37,254 nucleotides of DNA from a virus, in IMG/VR virus record IMGVR_UViG_3300010236_000005, positions 1-37,254 of that record; one strand, given 5' to 3'. The position numbers were made by a program, and so were the translations under genes. The notes below the pieces were generated by a model. The model was not told where the DNA came from. It searched no databases and saw only the letters and a list, made by a program, of their open reading frames with translations. Within the stretch, counting starts at the first letter, position 1. Every line of letters begins with the position of its first letter. This document shows positions 8,521 to 15,716 of the stretch, piece after piece.

Positions 8521-8597
8521 AAAGTGTATCAATTCTAAAGCATACGAAAAAACGTATAAAAAAGTATAGTAATTCCAAAGCATACGGAGAAACGTAT
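8521..8597. repeat. Two about 37-bp direct repeats (40-bp period), each with a CATACG-N6-CGTAT(G/A) hairpin
   Basis: The cores aattctaaagcatacgaaaaaacgtat (8531..8557) and aattccaaagcatacggagaaacgtat (8571..8597) match at 24 of 27 positions. Confidence 0.7.
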
Positions 8598-8630
8598 GGT
8601 AAAGAAACAGAAGCTACTTAAAAATTAAGG

Positions 8631-8699
8631 AATTTGTGTGTATCCTGTAATAGAAACCACATAAATTTGGCGTGTTTTATGGAGTAAGATACACAAATT
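8631..8699. repeat. Inverted repeat AATTTGTGT(GT)ATC / GATACACAAATT enclosing 43 nt
   Basis: 12 bp of complementarity with a 2-nt bulge, checked base by base. Confidence 0.6.
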
Positions 8700-8829
8700 A
8701 GGCCTAAATTGTACATATAGGTACAAGATGGGTAATTGAAGATTGACTAGGGACACTTAGTGAGTCTTGAATACTCAAGCTCTTTACAAACTGGAGTAAA
8801 CAACTAGAGACTAGAAACGAGGTGAGGAC

Positions 8830-9069
8830 TTGTCTAAGAATAACAAGCACGATTGGAAGAAAGTTGTTAAGCAAGAGCAAAGCTATATTTGCCCTGTGTG
8901 TGGTAAAAAGGGAACAGATAAGTCACTTAATATCCATCACAAACGGCCAAAATCTAAAAATGGGAGCAATTCACGAGGAAATGTCGTAGCATGGCATGTC
9001 TGGTGCCACAGGGATTATCACTCTATGTGGGGAAACCATATATCAGATGATTTTGGAAATCCAGTTTAA
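8830..9069 (+). CDS. Small HNH endonuclease
   Basis: CPVCGKKG...LNIHHKRPKSKNG...NVVAWHVWCHRDYH. TTG start preceded by GAGGTG. Confidence 0.8.
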   Translation: MSKNNKHDWKKVVKQEQSYICPVCGKKGTDKSLNIHHKRPKSKNGSNSRGNVVAWHVWCHRDYHSMWGNHISDDFGNPV

Positions 9070-9075
9070 AAGAAA

Positions 9076-9140
9076 GGGGGAGATATATTTTTATTTGGAG
9101 GAACATAACTCTAATTATATAACCTCCCCCTCGTATTTTT
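9076..9140 (+). terminator. Possible intrinsic terminator after the small HNH gene
   Basis: GGGGGAG (9076..9082) pairs with CTCCCCC (9124..9130), and an AU-rich stem extension follows. A T-run at 9135..9140 lies 5 nt after the stem. The loop is large. Confidence 0.35.
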
Positions 9141-9148
9141 GATATAAT
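9140..9148 (+). promoter_or_regulatory. Extended -10 promoter TGATATAAT, 5 nt upstream of the ATG at 9154 (leaderless configuration)
   Basis: TATAAT ends at 9148 and the ATG starts at 9154. No Shine-Dalgarno sequence lies between them. Confidence 0.55.
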
Positions 9149-9153
9149 TCCTT

Positions 9154-9786
9154 ATGCCAAGAAAAAATCCAAAACTATGGTATTCCACACATAAAGAGGA
9201 GGTCCTAAAATACCAAAAAGAATATCAGGAGAAAAATAAAGAGAAAATAAGGGAAACTAAAAGAAGATGGAGAGAGGAAAATAAAGCTGAGTTGAAAAAG
9301 AAAAAACACCAATACTATCTAGAAAATAAAGAGAAGATAAGCAACCAAAAAAAGGAATGGGTAAAAGCAAATAAAGAGAGAAAGAAGGAAACTGACAGGA
9401 AATGGAGAGAACAAAAACTAAGGGAAAACCCAAGATATTTTACAGATAAAAAAAGGGAATGGATTAAAAAGAACCCAGAGAAACACTCCATTCACCTAAG
9501 AGTCCAAAAATATAAAAGACGAGCTGCTGGGTGTAGAAATAACGAGAAGGGCAGGATGTCTAAAATTTTCAGTGACCTCGTTCTCGAGAAACTCAGAGAG
9601 CAAGAATATTCCTGTTTATACTGTGGGACGGATATCAAAACAACATACACGATTGACCATATAGTTCCGATTTCTAAGGGTGGCAAAAACGAGATAGAAA
9701 ACATAGACTTGGTGTGTAGTCACTGTAATTCGCTTAAGGGAGTCAAGAGTAAAGAGGAGTTTTTATTACTCAGTCTGGACACTTAG
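9154..9786 (+). CDS. HNH endonuclease with a Lys/Glu-rich repeat N-terminus
   Basis: C-terminus YSCLYCGTDIKTTYTIDHIVPISKGGKNEIENIDLVCSHCNSLKG. The N-terminus has repeated K-x-W-x-x-x-N-K/P-E-K units. Confidence 0.85.
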   Translation: MPRKNPKLWYSTHKEEVLKYQKEYQEKNKEKIRETKRRWREENKAELKKKKHQYYLENKEKISNQKKEWVKANKERKKETDRKWREQKLRENPRYFTDKKREWIKKNPEKHSIHLRVQKYKRRAAGCRNNEKGRMSKIFSDLVLEKLREQEYSCLYCGTDIKTTYTIDHIVPISKGGKNEIENIDLVCSHCNSLKGVKSKEEFLLLSLDT

Positions 9787-9853
9787 TCCGTCACATTTAA
9801 GTATACTCCCCCTTCTAATCCTATAACATATTACTAAGACCCTAGATTTTTAG

Positions 9854-9882
9854 TTGACAAGTTTTTAAAAGTTTTGTAAGTT
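9854..9882 (+). promoter_or_regulatory. Sigma-70-type promoter: TTGACA (9854..9859), 17-nt spacer, TAAGTT (9877..9882) preceded by TG
   Basis: Read directly, inside non-coding island A. Confidence 0.45.
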
Positions 9883-9888
9883 ATATTT

Positions 9889-9971
9889 ATGAAGAAGTTC
9901 AGGACAATTTCAAAAAAGAATAATGACATAGGGAGGTGGTTTTCAGTCCTGAACTCACGCCTCCCTTTTTT
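9889..9971 (+). ncRNA. Candidate short transcript (about 80 nt) between the island-A promoter and an intrinsic terminator
   Basis: Predicted start near 9889. A 10-bp perfect pairing joins 9896..9905 with 9946..9955. The terminator stem is 9931..9938 / 9958..9965, followed by TTTTTT. Confidence 0.3.
9931..9971 (+). terminator. Rho-independent terminator (GGGAGGTG ... CACGCCTCCC plus TTTTTT)
   Basis: 8-bp stem (one G-U), 19-nt loop and a 6-T run, checked base by base. Confidence 0.6.
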
Positions 9972-10097
9972 ATTATTCAACTACTTTCCAGCTGGTCTAA
10001 GACAGGGGCTGGGTTGTACCTATTTTCACAGAGGTTTCCAAGTAAGACGGGTAAAAGCTGCCTTTATGGTGAGCTAACGGCACTGCTCTCTTTGAAA

Positions 10098-10125
10098 TTG
10101 ACACATGCTTGTACAGTAGTAAAAT
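10098..10125 (+). promoter_or_regulatory. Near-consensus promoter TTGACA, 16-nt spacer, TAAAAT
   Basis: Read directly. It would give a leader of about 245 nt before the ATG at 10379. Confidence 0.5.
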
Positions 10126-10172
10126 AGTGCAAGTGAACAGAATAAATAGCGAAAGCGACCTGTTAATACACT

Positions 10173-10374
10173 GAGGAGAAAGAGAGACTAAAGGGTTAAG
10201 GGTTCTTCTGCCCTCCGACATACTGGTAGAGCCAGTCCCTGAAGTGAAGTGAGGAAGCTCGAGTTTTCGGTTAAGTTTCCAAGATAGCTAGTTTAATTAT
10301 AGGAAGTAGTTAAGCTAGAAGATTTAATATTATATTCCTGTGGTCTATTTACTGAGACTAGAGGAGAAAGAGAG
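10173..10374 (+). repeat. 14-bp exact direct repeat GAGGAGAAAGAGAG (10173..10186 and 10361..10374)
   Basis: The second copy is the Shine-Dalgarno region of the HNH gene at 10379. The first copy is an orphan 188 bp upstream. Confidence 0.7.
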
Positions 10375-10378
10375 GAAA

Positions 10379-10867
10379 ATGAGGAAAGAGGGATGGATTG
10401 ATTACAAAGAGTATCTTGAGTCGGACATTTGGAAAAAGAAGAGAGATAAGATGGTGGCCGAGGCAGGGGAGTGTGAGATATGTGGGGCAACTTCTAACCT
10501 GGTTGTACATCATCTAAGATATCAATATAAAAGCGGTCGTTCAGTTTTGGGAAGGGAAAGAAAAACGGATCTTGCTGTGTTGTGTTGGGATTGTCACAAG
10601 AGGATGCATGAGGAGTATGGCAGGGGTGCAAGTTTTGGGAGGAGAGAAATAGAGGAACAAAAAGGAACCTGGTTGATATGCCTTAGTGATGGTTTAGTAA
10701 TCCCCACAAGCAAAATGGTAGTAGACATGTTTGAGAAATTATCCGAATATGATTACATTAAGTGGGGGAGAATTATTTTCAACAGAGAACAGATAACAAT
10801 GTTTGTAGAAAAGGAAGCTTACAAAGACTTATTAGCTTACAGAAAGAAGTTTGACAAGGAAGTATAA
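10379..10867 (+). CDS. HNH endonuclease-like protein
   Basis: GECEICGATSNLVVHHLRYQ...DLAVLCWDCHKRMHEEYG. Start trimmed from the GTG at 10340 to the ATG at 10379, which has a strong purine-rich SD. Confidence 0.7.
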   Translation: MRKEGWIDYKEYLESDIWKKKRDKMVAEAGECEICGATSNLVVHHLRYQYKSGRSVLGRERKTDLAVLCWDCHKRMHEEYGRGASFGRREIEEQKGTWLICLSDGLVIPTSKMVVDMFEKLSEYDYIKWGRIIFNREQITMFVEKEAYKDLLAYRKKFDKEV

Positions 10868-10890
10868 TTAAATTTTAAACAATAATTAAC

Positions 10891-11157
10891 ATGAAGAGAT
10901 CACTAGCAAGTCAGGGTATAGAAAAGATATACCAGGTGAAGCAATACACAGAGTTTCCTTTTAAGAAGGATACAGACCCCATCATAAAAGAGTATGACCA
11001 TATTAAAGAAGCTAGGCAAGGTGTCAAGTATTTTGAAAGGAGAACACTTAACAACAACAGATACTACGTTATGGACGACCCTCACGATTACAAGGAGGCT
11101 ACAGAAGAGCAGGAGGCTAAATGGAATACAGCCTTAATTAACTGTGGACTCAGATAG
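10891..11157 (+). CDS. Hypothetical protein
   Basis: 88-aa ORF in the + strand gene train. No motif recognised. Confidence 0.45.
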   Translation: MKRSLASQGIEKIYQVKQYTEFPFKKDTDPIIKEYDHIKEARQGVKYFERRTLNNNRYYVMDDPHDYKEATEEQEAKWNTALINCGLR

Positions 11158-11185
11158 AATAATTAAAATGTTCGAGGAAATAGGA

Positions 11186-11698
11186 ATGGAGGAACCTAAA
11201 AAGACATTTACGCCCTACACAGAGCAATTCAAGATAGAACTTGGCCCGGCCAAAAGAGCAGAGAACTGGGTCAGAGAAACCTTGGAAAAGGACTTTGGAA
11301 TTGTATTGGGTGCAGATGATACGGAGGTTCACTACGATTTACTCATAAGAAAAACAGGCAAAAGAGTAGAGGTTAAGTATGACAAGGGGAGCAAAGCAAC
11401 AGGAATGTTAGCAATAGAGTTGGAAAGCTATGGCAAATACAAGGGGATATTAAGAAGTAAGTCCGACTTCTACGCAATAGTTTGCTACGACCGGGACTGG
11501 AGCGAGATCGTGGAGGGTGTTAAGAAGAAGGGAATGTGGATTTGTATTATCATTCCGACAGCTTATTTAAGAGAAATGGTAACTAAAAAGCCCTACAAAG
11601 AGGTATACGGAGGGGACAATAAAAAGACTAAAATGGCCTTGGTTCCGCTAGAAGATGTAAGGGAAGCCTCATCTAAGATTTATCCTATAATAAAATAA
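11186..11698 (+). CDS. PD-(D/E)XK-like nuclease-fold protein (tentative)
   Basis: HYDLLIRKTGKRVEVKYD fits a D...E-x-K arrangement. Start placed at the ATG at 11186, 7 nt after a TCGAGGAA box (ORF track starts at 11144). Confidence 0.4.
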   Translation: MEEPKKTFTPYTEQFKIELGPAKRAENWVRETLEKDFGIVLGADDTEVHYDLLIRKTGKRVEVKYDKGSKATGMLAIELESYGKYKGILRSKSDFYAIVCYDRDWSEIVEGVKKKGMWICIIIPTAYLREMVTKKPYKEVYGGDNKKTKMALVPLEDVREASSKIYPIIK

Positions 11699-11711
11699 TT
11701 GACTAAAACAC

Positions 11712-11739
11712 TTGACACGCCACTTGCATATGCTATAAT
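11712..11739 (+). promoter_or_regulatory. Consensus promoter TTGACA, 16-nt spacer (containing TG), TATAAT
   Basis: cTTGACAcgccacttgcataTGcTATAAT read directly in a 76-bp intergenic spacer. Confidence 0.7.
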
Positions 11740-11774
11740 TCTATTAAACATATTAAATTATTAACTAAATAAAT

Positions 11775-11993
11775 ATGCAAATACTGCTTAACAAAAGGAA
11801 CCACAAGATGATGCTTGTGTCTCACAAAGACGAGGTATCAATGGTGAGTTGGGTTCCTGGTCAGTCCGCAAAGGACAAGTTTATCACAGGAGTTAGGACA
11901 GAGATTCTAGGAGAGAAGGAAGCACCAGTCTTTTTAAGAAGATTTGTGAGGATCCTTCAAGGTAACGGATATAAGATTAGTTTTGAAAAATAA
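11775..11993 (+). CDS. Hypothetical protein
   Basis: 72-aa ORF downstream of the consensus promoter. Confidence 0.45.
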   Translation: MQILLNKRNHKMMLVSHKDEVSMVSWVPGQSAKDKFITGVRTEILGEKEAPVFLRRFVRILQGNGYKISFEK

Positions 11994-11995
11994 CA

Positions 11996-12325
11996 ATGAG
12001 TATACCAAAAGAGTTTATACAGAGTATACAGGGGAAGGAGTTTGTTAAATACGAGGGTTTACTAGACCTCTTCCATAAGAACGGAGGACAATCAATCACC
12101 ACAGAGTTAGTAAGTAAGAAGTTAGGAGAGGAGACGTTCTTTATATTCAAAGCAACAGTATCTGGAGAGAGAGGACTTTACGAAGGATACGGAGATGCTT
12201 GTAAAGGAAATGTAAACTCAATGATTGTCAAGCACATGATGAGAATGGCTGAGACAAGAGCGAAGGCTAGGGCATTAAGAGACTATAACAACATAGGCAT
12301 AGCCGCTGCTGAGGAGTTAGACTAA
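11996..12325 (+). CDS. Hypothetical protein; the C-terminal helix AETRAKARALRDYNNIGI is reminiscent of DNA-binding helices in Rad52/Sak-type annealing proteins (speculative)
   Basis: 109-aa ORF. The similarity is recalled motif resemblance only. Confidence 0.3.
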   Translation: MSIPKEFIQSIQGKEFVKYEGLLDLFHKNGGQSITTELVSKKLGEETFFIFKATVSGERGLYEGYGDACKGNVNSMIVKHMMRMAETRAKARALRDYNNIGIAAAEELD

Positions 12326-12348
12326 TTTAAAATAATCGAGGAATTAAA

Positions 12349-12543
12349 ATGAAAACTATAAAACAACAGTTCGCAGAAGAGATAGCTAAGTTCCATAGGG
12401 AGTATGGCTATAATCAGAAGTTAAGAGACCAGATACAGAAAGATTTAAAAGACCAGGATCAGACAGAGATGTGGGAATTAGAGGACGCAATAGCAGACTT
12501 TAAAACTAAATTTAATCCTTACACAAATGAAGAATATCTTTAG
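12349..12543 (+). CDS. Hypothetical protein
   Basis: 64-aa ORF preceded by AATCGAGGAA, 7 nt upstream of the ATG. Confidence 0.5.
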   Translation: MKTIKQQFAEEIAKFHREYGYNQKLRDQIQKDLKDQDQTEMWELEDAIADFKTKFNPYTNEEYL

Positions 12544-13216
12544 GGATAAGTTAGGAAAGTTTAAGTCTTTGAAAATCAACTTACTAGACGGGCAAAGAAG
12601 AGGTGAGGTTGTATTTAGAAGAGTGTTTTTGTTAATAGTTCTTTACATAATAGTAATGCTTGTATTGAAATTAGTAACTACTAAACCAGAAGAGCAAATG
12701 GAGATTAAAGAGGTAGAGGCAGGGGAAAGGATAGTTTGGGAAGGCGATCAGAAGATAAGATACACAGAAGACGGAGAGAAGAGATATATATACCAGGATT
12801 ATGTCCCTAGTCCCGAAGAGGCAGAAGAAGGGGTTGAAGTTTCAGGCAAGGGAATAGTTGACGACAGCGTTAGAGAGTATATTAAAAGTTACGGAGGGAA
12901 GATAGACGACGGCTACCTATCTCTTTTAAGAGAACACTGTAGCGAGGAAGCAGTAAAGGTAGTCGTTGCTGTCTCAGTAGCAGAGACCAGTATGGGTAAG
13001 AATACAGACAAGCAGAGTAATTACTGGGGATATTTTTACAAGGGGGATAGACAGTATGACCCAAGTAGGGAGGAGATGGCGAGGGTTATATGTGCAGGGA
13101 TAGAAGGTCATTATATGGACGTGGCGGATAACTACAATAGTGCTAGAAAGTATACCGGGGGAGACAGGACGGCCGTCTGGATGAACAATGTTAAGGTAGC
13201 CCTTGCTCAGATGTAG
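12527..13216 (+). CDS. Membrane-anchored hypothetical protein (one N-terminal TM helix)
   Basis: VFLLIVLYIIVMLVLKLV hydrophobic segment followed by a soluble domain of about 170 aa. No motif recognised. Confidence 0.5.
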   Translation: MKNIFRDKLGKFKSLKINLLDGQRRGEVVFRRVFLLIVLYIIVMLVLKLVTTKPEEQMEIKEVEAGERIVWEGDQKIRYTEDGEKRYIYQDYVPSPEEAEEGVEVSGKGIVDDSVREYIKSYGGKIDDGYLSLLREHCSEEAVKVVVAVSVAETSMGKNTDKQSNYWGYFYKGDRQYDPSREEMARVICAGIEGHYMDVADNYNSARKYTGGDRTAVWMNNVKVALAQM

Positions 13217-13238
13217 TTTTAATTTAGTATAGAGATTT

Positions 13239-13811
13239 ATGAAAGAAGTTTGGAAAGAGGTTTTTGATAACAAGTATTACCTAGTGAGTAACAAAGGGAG
13301 GATAAGAAGTCTGTTTACAAATAAGGAAAGAAGTCCGTTTACAACTAAAAAGGGTTACAAGAGGGTAGGTCTTTATTATTACGAAAAGGGTAGGGATGAG
13401 GGGGAGTTAGATAAGAGAGGAAGAAAGAGAAAAACGCTGAAAAGATATGGGATGGAGGGGGTCCAGAAGAACAAGTTGGTTCATCAGTTAGTGTTGAGGA
13501 CTTTTACAAAAAAACCTGAGTGGGCGACGATGGTAAATCATAAGGATGGCGATAAAAAGAATAATTCTCTTGAGAACCTGGAGTGGTCAACTAATTCTAG
13601 GAATATGAGGCATGCTTATAAGAACGGGTTGAATAAGAGGAGGAGTGGGGAGGAGTCGGGGAATAGTCGTTTAAAGATAGAAGAAGTTAGGGAGATTAGG
13701 AAGAGGATAAAAGAAGGAGATTCAGATACAACGATAGGAAGAGACTACGATGTTACTGCGGCCAATATATATAGAATACGGAAAGGCCAGACCTGGAAAG
13801 GTTGGGAGTAA
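13239..13811 (+). CDS. HNH homing-endonuclease-like protein (NUMOD4-like N-terminus, HNH_3 core, C-terminal HTH)
   Basis: WKEVFDNKYYLVSNKGRIRSL; VHQLVLRTF...VNHKDGDKKNNSLENLEWSTNSRNMRHA; C-terminal GRDYDVTAANIYRIRKGQTW. Confidence 0.85.
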   Translation: MKEVWKEVFDNKYYLVSNKGRIRSLFTNKERSPFTTKKGYKRVGLYYYEKGRDEGELDKRGRKRKTLKRYGMEGVQKNKLVHQLVLRTFTKKPEWATMVNHKDGDKKNNSLENLEWSTNSRNMRHAYKNGLNKRRSGEESGNSRLKIEEVREIRKRIKEGDSDTTIGRDYDVTAANIYRIRKGQTWKGWE

Positions 13812-13821
13812 CGATCGCACT

Positions 13822-14280
13822 AGAGAGTATGTAGCTCTTTACAACTAGGGGATAGGCCGAAGGTGAGGCCGATTTGGGAAAGTGGGTCTTGGGCTGAATA
13901 ATCAATAGGCTCAAACTATCCCCTGAGACATGGAGGGGAAATAGACCATCAAATTAGTAATTGGACTTCCCTGTCCAAACCCTAACTCTACTCTCTGTAG
14001 GGAATAGGGAGTACCTAATCAGTATTCATAAAAACCTATCCCTACAAGGTAGAGAAAATAAGGTGCAATTCCTTACCCCTCCAGAACAGGCTCACAAGGT
14101 CTCTAGGCAGTATTCCTTGTGGGTCTATCCGATGGTCTTGGCTTCACCTGTTCTGTTTTTACCTTTACAGACAGGAGGCGAGGGCTATCGCATAGGCTTA
14201 GATAGCTGAGTATAGTTGGTTGAGTTCTGGGCATAAGCCGATAAACCGAAGCGGGACACCGATTGCCAACCGACTATGCT
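13822..14280 (+). ncRNA. Candidate large structured RNA (about 460 nt), or an iteron-bearing DNA element, in non-coding island B
   Basis: Nested and serial perfect or near-perfect stems: 13822-29/13989-96 (8 bp); 13847-55/13916-24 (9 bp); 13997-14008/14035-45 (11 bp with a bulge); 14082-90/14147-55 (9 bp) enclosing 14093-99/14115-21 (7 bp); 14184-89/14201-06 (6 bp); 14209-22/14267-80 (14 bp with 2 G-U). No credible ORF. Confidence 0.35.
14082..14160 (+). terminator. Possible terminator-like element: branched 9-bp stem CAGAACAGG/CCTGTTCTG followed by TTTTT
   Basis: Stem and T-run read directly. The 56-nt loop with an inner hairpin makes it atypical. Confidence 0.3.
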
Positions 14281-14310
14281 GAGTAATTTAAAATTAAAAC
14301 AATAGAGTAT

Positions 14311-14583
14311 ATGGAGAAGAAGGAGGTTTATGAGATTGTATTCCTTAATGAGGACTGTGATACATTCTGGGTAAGTGAGGATGATGTTTTGGATGAAGAG
14401 GGGGCATATCTGAAAGTGGTTGAGATGTGTATTGAAATTGGTATTGACTTGGAATACTATCCAACTCCTCGGTCGTTGAAGATATTAAATGGACATTGGG
14501 AGCCAAGAGGAGGAGACCCTGTAGACGGAGAATTGTTTGTAGAGAAAGACGGAGAAGATATATGGTATAGATTTAATAGTTAG
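14311..14583 (+). CDS. Small, strongly acidic hypothetical protein
   Basis: 90 aa. By my count about 24 Asp/Glu against 8 Lys/Arg. Confidence 0.5.
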   Translation: MEKKEVYEIVFLNEDCDTFWVSEDDVLDEEGAYLKVVEMCIEIGIDLEYYPTPRSLKILNGHWEPRGGDPVDGELFVEKDGEDIWYRFNS

Positions 14584-14605
14584 TTAATTTTATTTATATA
14601 GAGAT

Positions 14606-14791
14606 ATGGAGAAGAAAGAGATAATTTGGATATGTGCAGAGTGTGGTAAGAAATACGGAAACAGAGAGTGTGGCATAGCAACTTGGCACGAAGATATTTG
14701 TGATATTTGTGGTAAGAAAACATTGGTAACAGAACCAAGGGATTTTGGATATATAAATAAAAAGAAGTTATCTAAATTAAACAATAAGTAA
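14606..14791 (+). CDS. Zn-ribbon protein
   Basis: CAECGKK...CDICGKK double CxxC. Confidence 0.55.
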   Translation: MEKKEIIWICAECGKKYGNRECGIATWHEDICDICGKKTLVTEPRDFGYINKKKLSKLNNK

Positions 14792-14907
14792 TATGTGGTG
14801 TACAGGTGGATTGCCAGATAAAAATTGGTTTTGGGATGGAGTTAAAACTGCTTCTAATATTACACACACAATAGAGTTTACGGTTAATTTATTAAACAAA
14901 TAATAAT

Positions 14908-15126
14908 ATGGATAAGAAAAGTATGGATGAGGAAATAGAGAAGATAGGGAAAGTCCGAAAGTTGATTGTGGCAAAGCATGGTAAAGAAATACAGAAGAAG
15001 ATAGATGTTGTTGGTGCTATTAAATGCCCTTATTGTAAAGGAGATATCTATTATGGAATGGCAAATAGTATAAATGGACATATTCATGCTTTTTGTGAGA
15101 ACGGGTGCGTTGATTGGGTAGAATAA
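14908..15126 (+). CDS. Small Cys/His metal-binding protein
   Basis: CPYCKG...HIHAFCENGC. Confidence 0.5.
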   Translation: MDKKSMDEEIEKIGKVRKLIVAKHGKEIQKKIDVVGAIKCPYCKGDIYYGMANSINGHIHAFCENGCVDWVE

Positions 15127-15147
15127 TTAAATTAAATAAATAAGTAT

Positions 15148-15345
15148 ATGGAGAGAGAAGACAACATATTGACCAACAAGAAGATAAGTGCGGAGAATAT
15201 AGAGTGGGGGGAATACGGCGAGAGGGTTGACAACGACTATTACAAGAGTTTACAAAAGGATTTAACAATACTTAACATAGCATTTGGGATGTCCCTTCTG
15301 ACTCTGTTTGTTATGGGTATTTTAATTGTTACAGTGTTAATATGA
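15148..15345 (+). CDS. Small tail-anchored membrane protein
   Basis: C-terminal AFGMSLLTLFVMGILIVTVLI. Confidence 0.45.
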   Translation: MEREDNILTNKKISAENIEWGEYGERVDNDYYKSLQKDLTILNIAFGMSLLTLFVMGILIVTVLI

Positions 15346-15716
15346 CCAGTTATCCAATAGAACTGAAGAACTACAACAGGAGAGCGGATCGCAGTATATC
15401 CTTCAGGGCAGACTCTCTTTTAGAAATAGGGAGCAAGGAGATAGCCAAGATTGATGGACACATAGGAGATGTAGGGTTTTTAGTTTTAACAGACGCTCAT
15501 AACCTAGACAATATTGATGTAGACGAGATACTAGAAGGACTTCCGGAGAATGACCTGTATGACAACCACAAGACTCCAAGTCAGAGGTTGAGGAATGTGT
15601 TGTATGTGAGGCTAGAACAGAAACTAGGAAGGAAGCCAGAGAAAGAGGAGTTTGCTATTTATTACAAGAATCAAATGGAGGGGCTGATAAATAAGTTTAA
15701 AGAGGAATTAGAATGA
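15342..15716 (+). CDS. Hypothetical protein
   Basis: 124-aa ORF, ATGA-coupled at both ends. Confidence 0.5.
   Translation: MTSYPIELKNYNRRADRSISFRADSLLEIGSKEIAKIDGHIGDVGFLVLTDAHNLDNIDVDEILEGLPENDLYDNHKTPSQRLRNVLYVRLEQKLGRKPEKEEFAIYYKNQMEGLINKFKEELE

Noticed and set aside
10171-10190. Hammerhead-like CUGAGGA...GAAA core in island A (a CTGATGA also occurs at about 17688 inside a gene)
   Set aside because: There is no stem II hairpin between the CUGAnGA and GAAA boxes, and no flanking helices I or III.
9889-10490. ORFs 9889..10077, 9936..10127, 9997..10221 (-) and 10293..10490 (-) in non-coding island A
   Set aside because: They overlap one another, and the first two read through a strong intrinsic terminator (9931..9971). 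None has a recognisable motif. Only the possibility of a very short leader peptide at 9889 remains open.
13961-14209. 82-aa + strand ORF (non-ATG start) inside non-coding island B
   Set aside because: It has no SD and starts at a non-ATG codon. It runs straight through several of the long complementary stems. The composition does not look protein-like, so the region is better explained as structured RNA or a DNA repeat element.
13239-14310. Group I intron carrying the HNH gene (also considered for 9154..10378)
   Set aside because: I could not place the conserved P/Q/R/S core. The TATAGT/GACTAT pairing forms a 14-bp helix in the wrong order for P7. The flanking ORFs do not look like halves of a split gene. 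The idea remains open to a covariance-model search.
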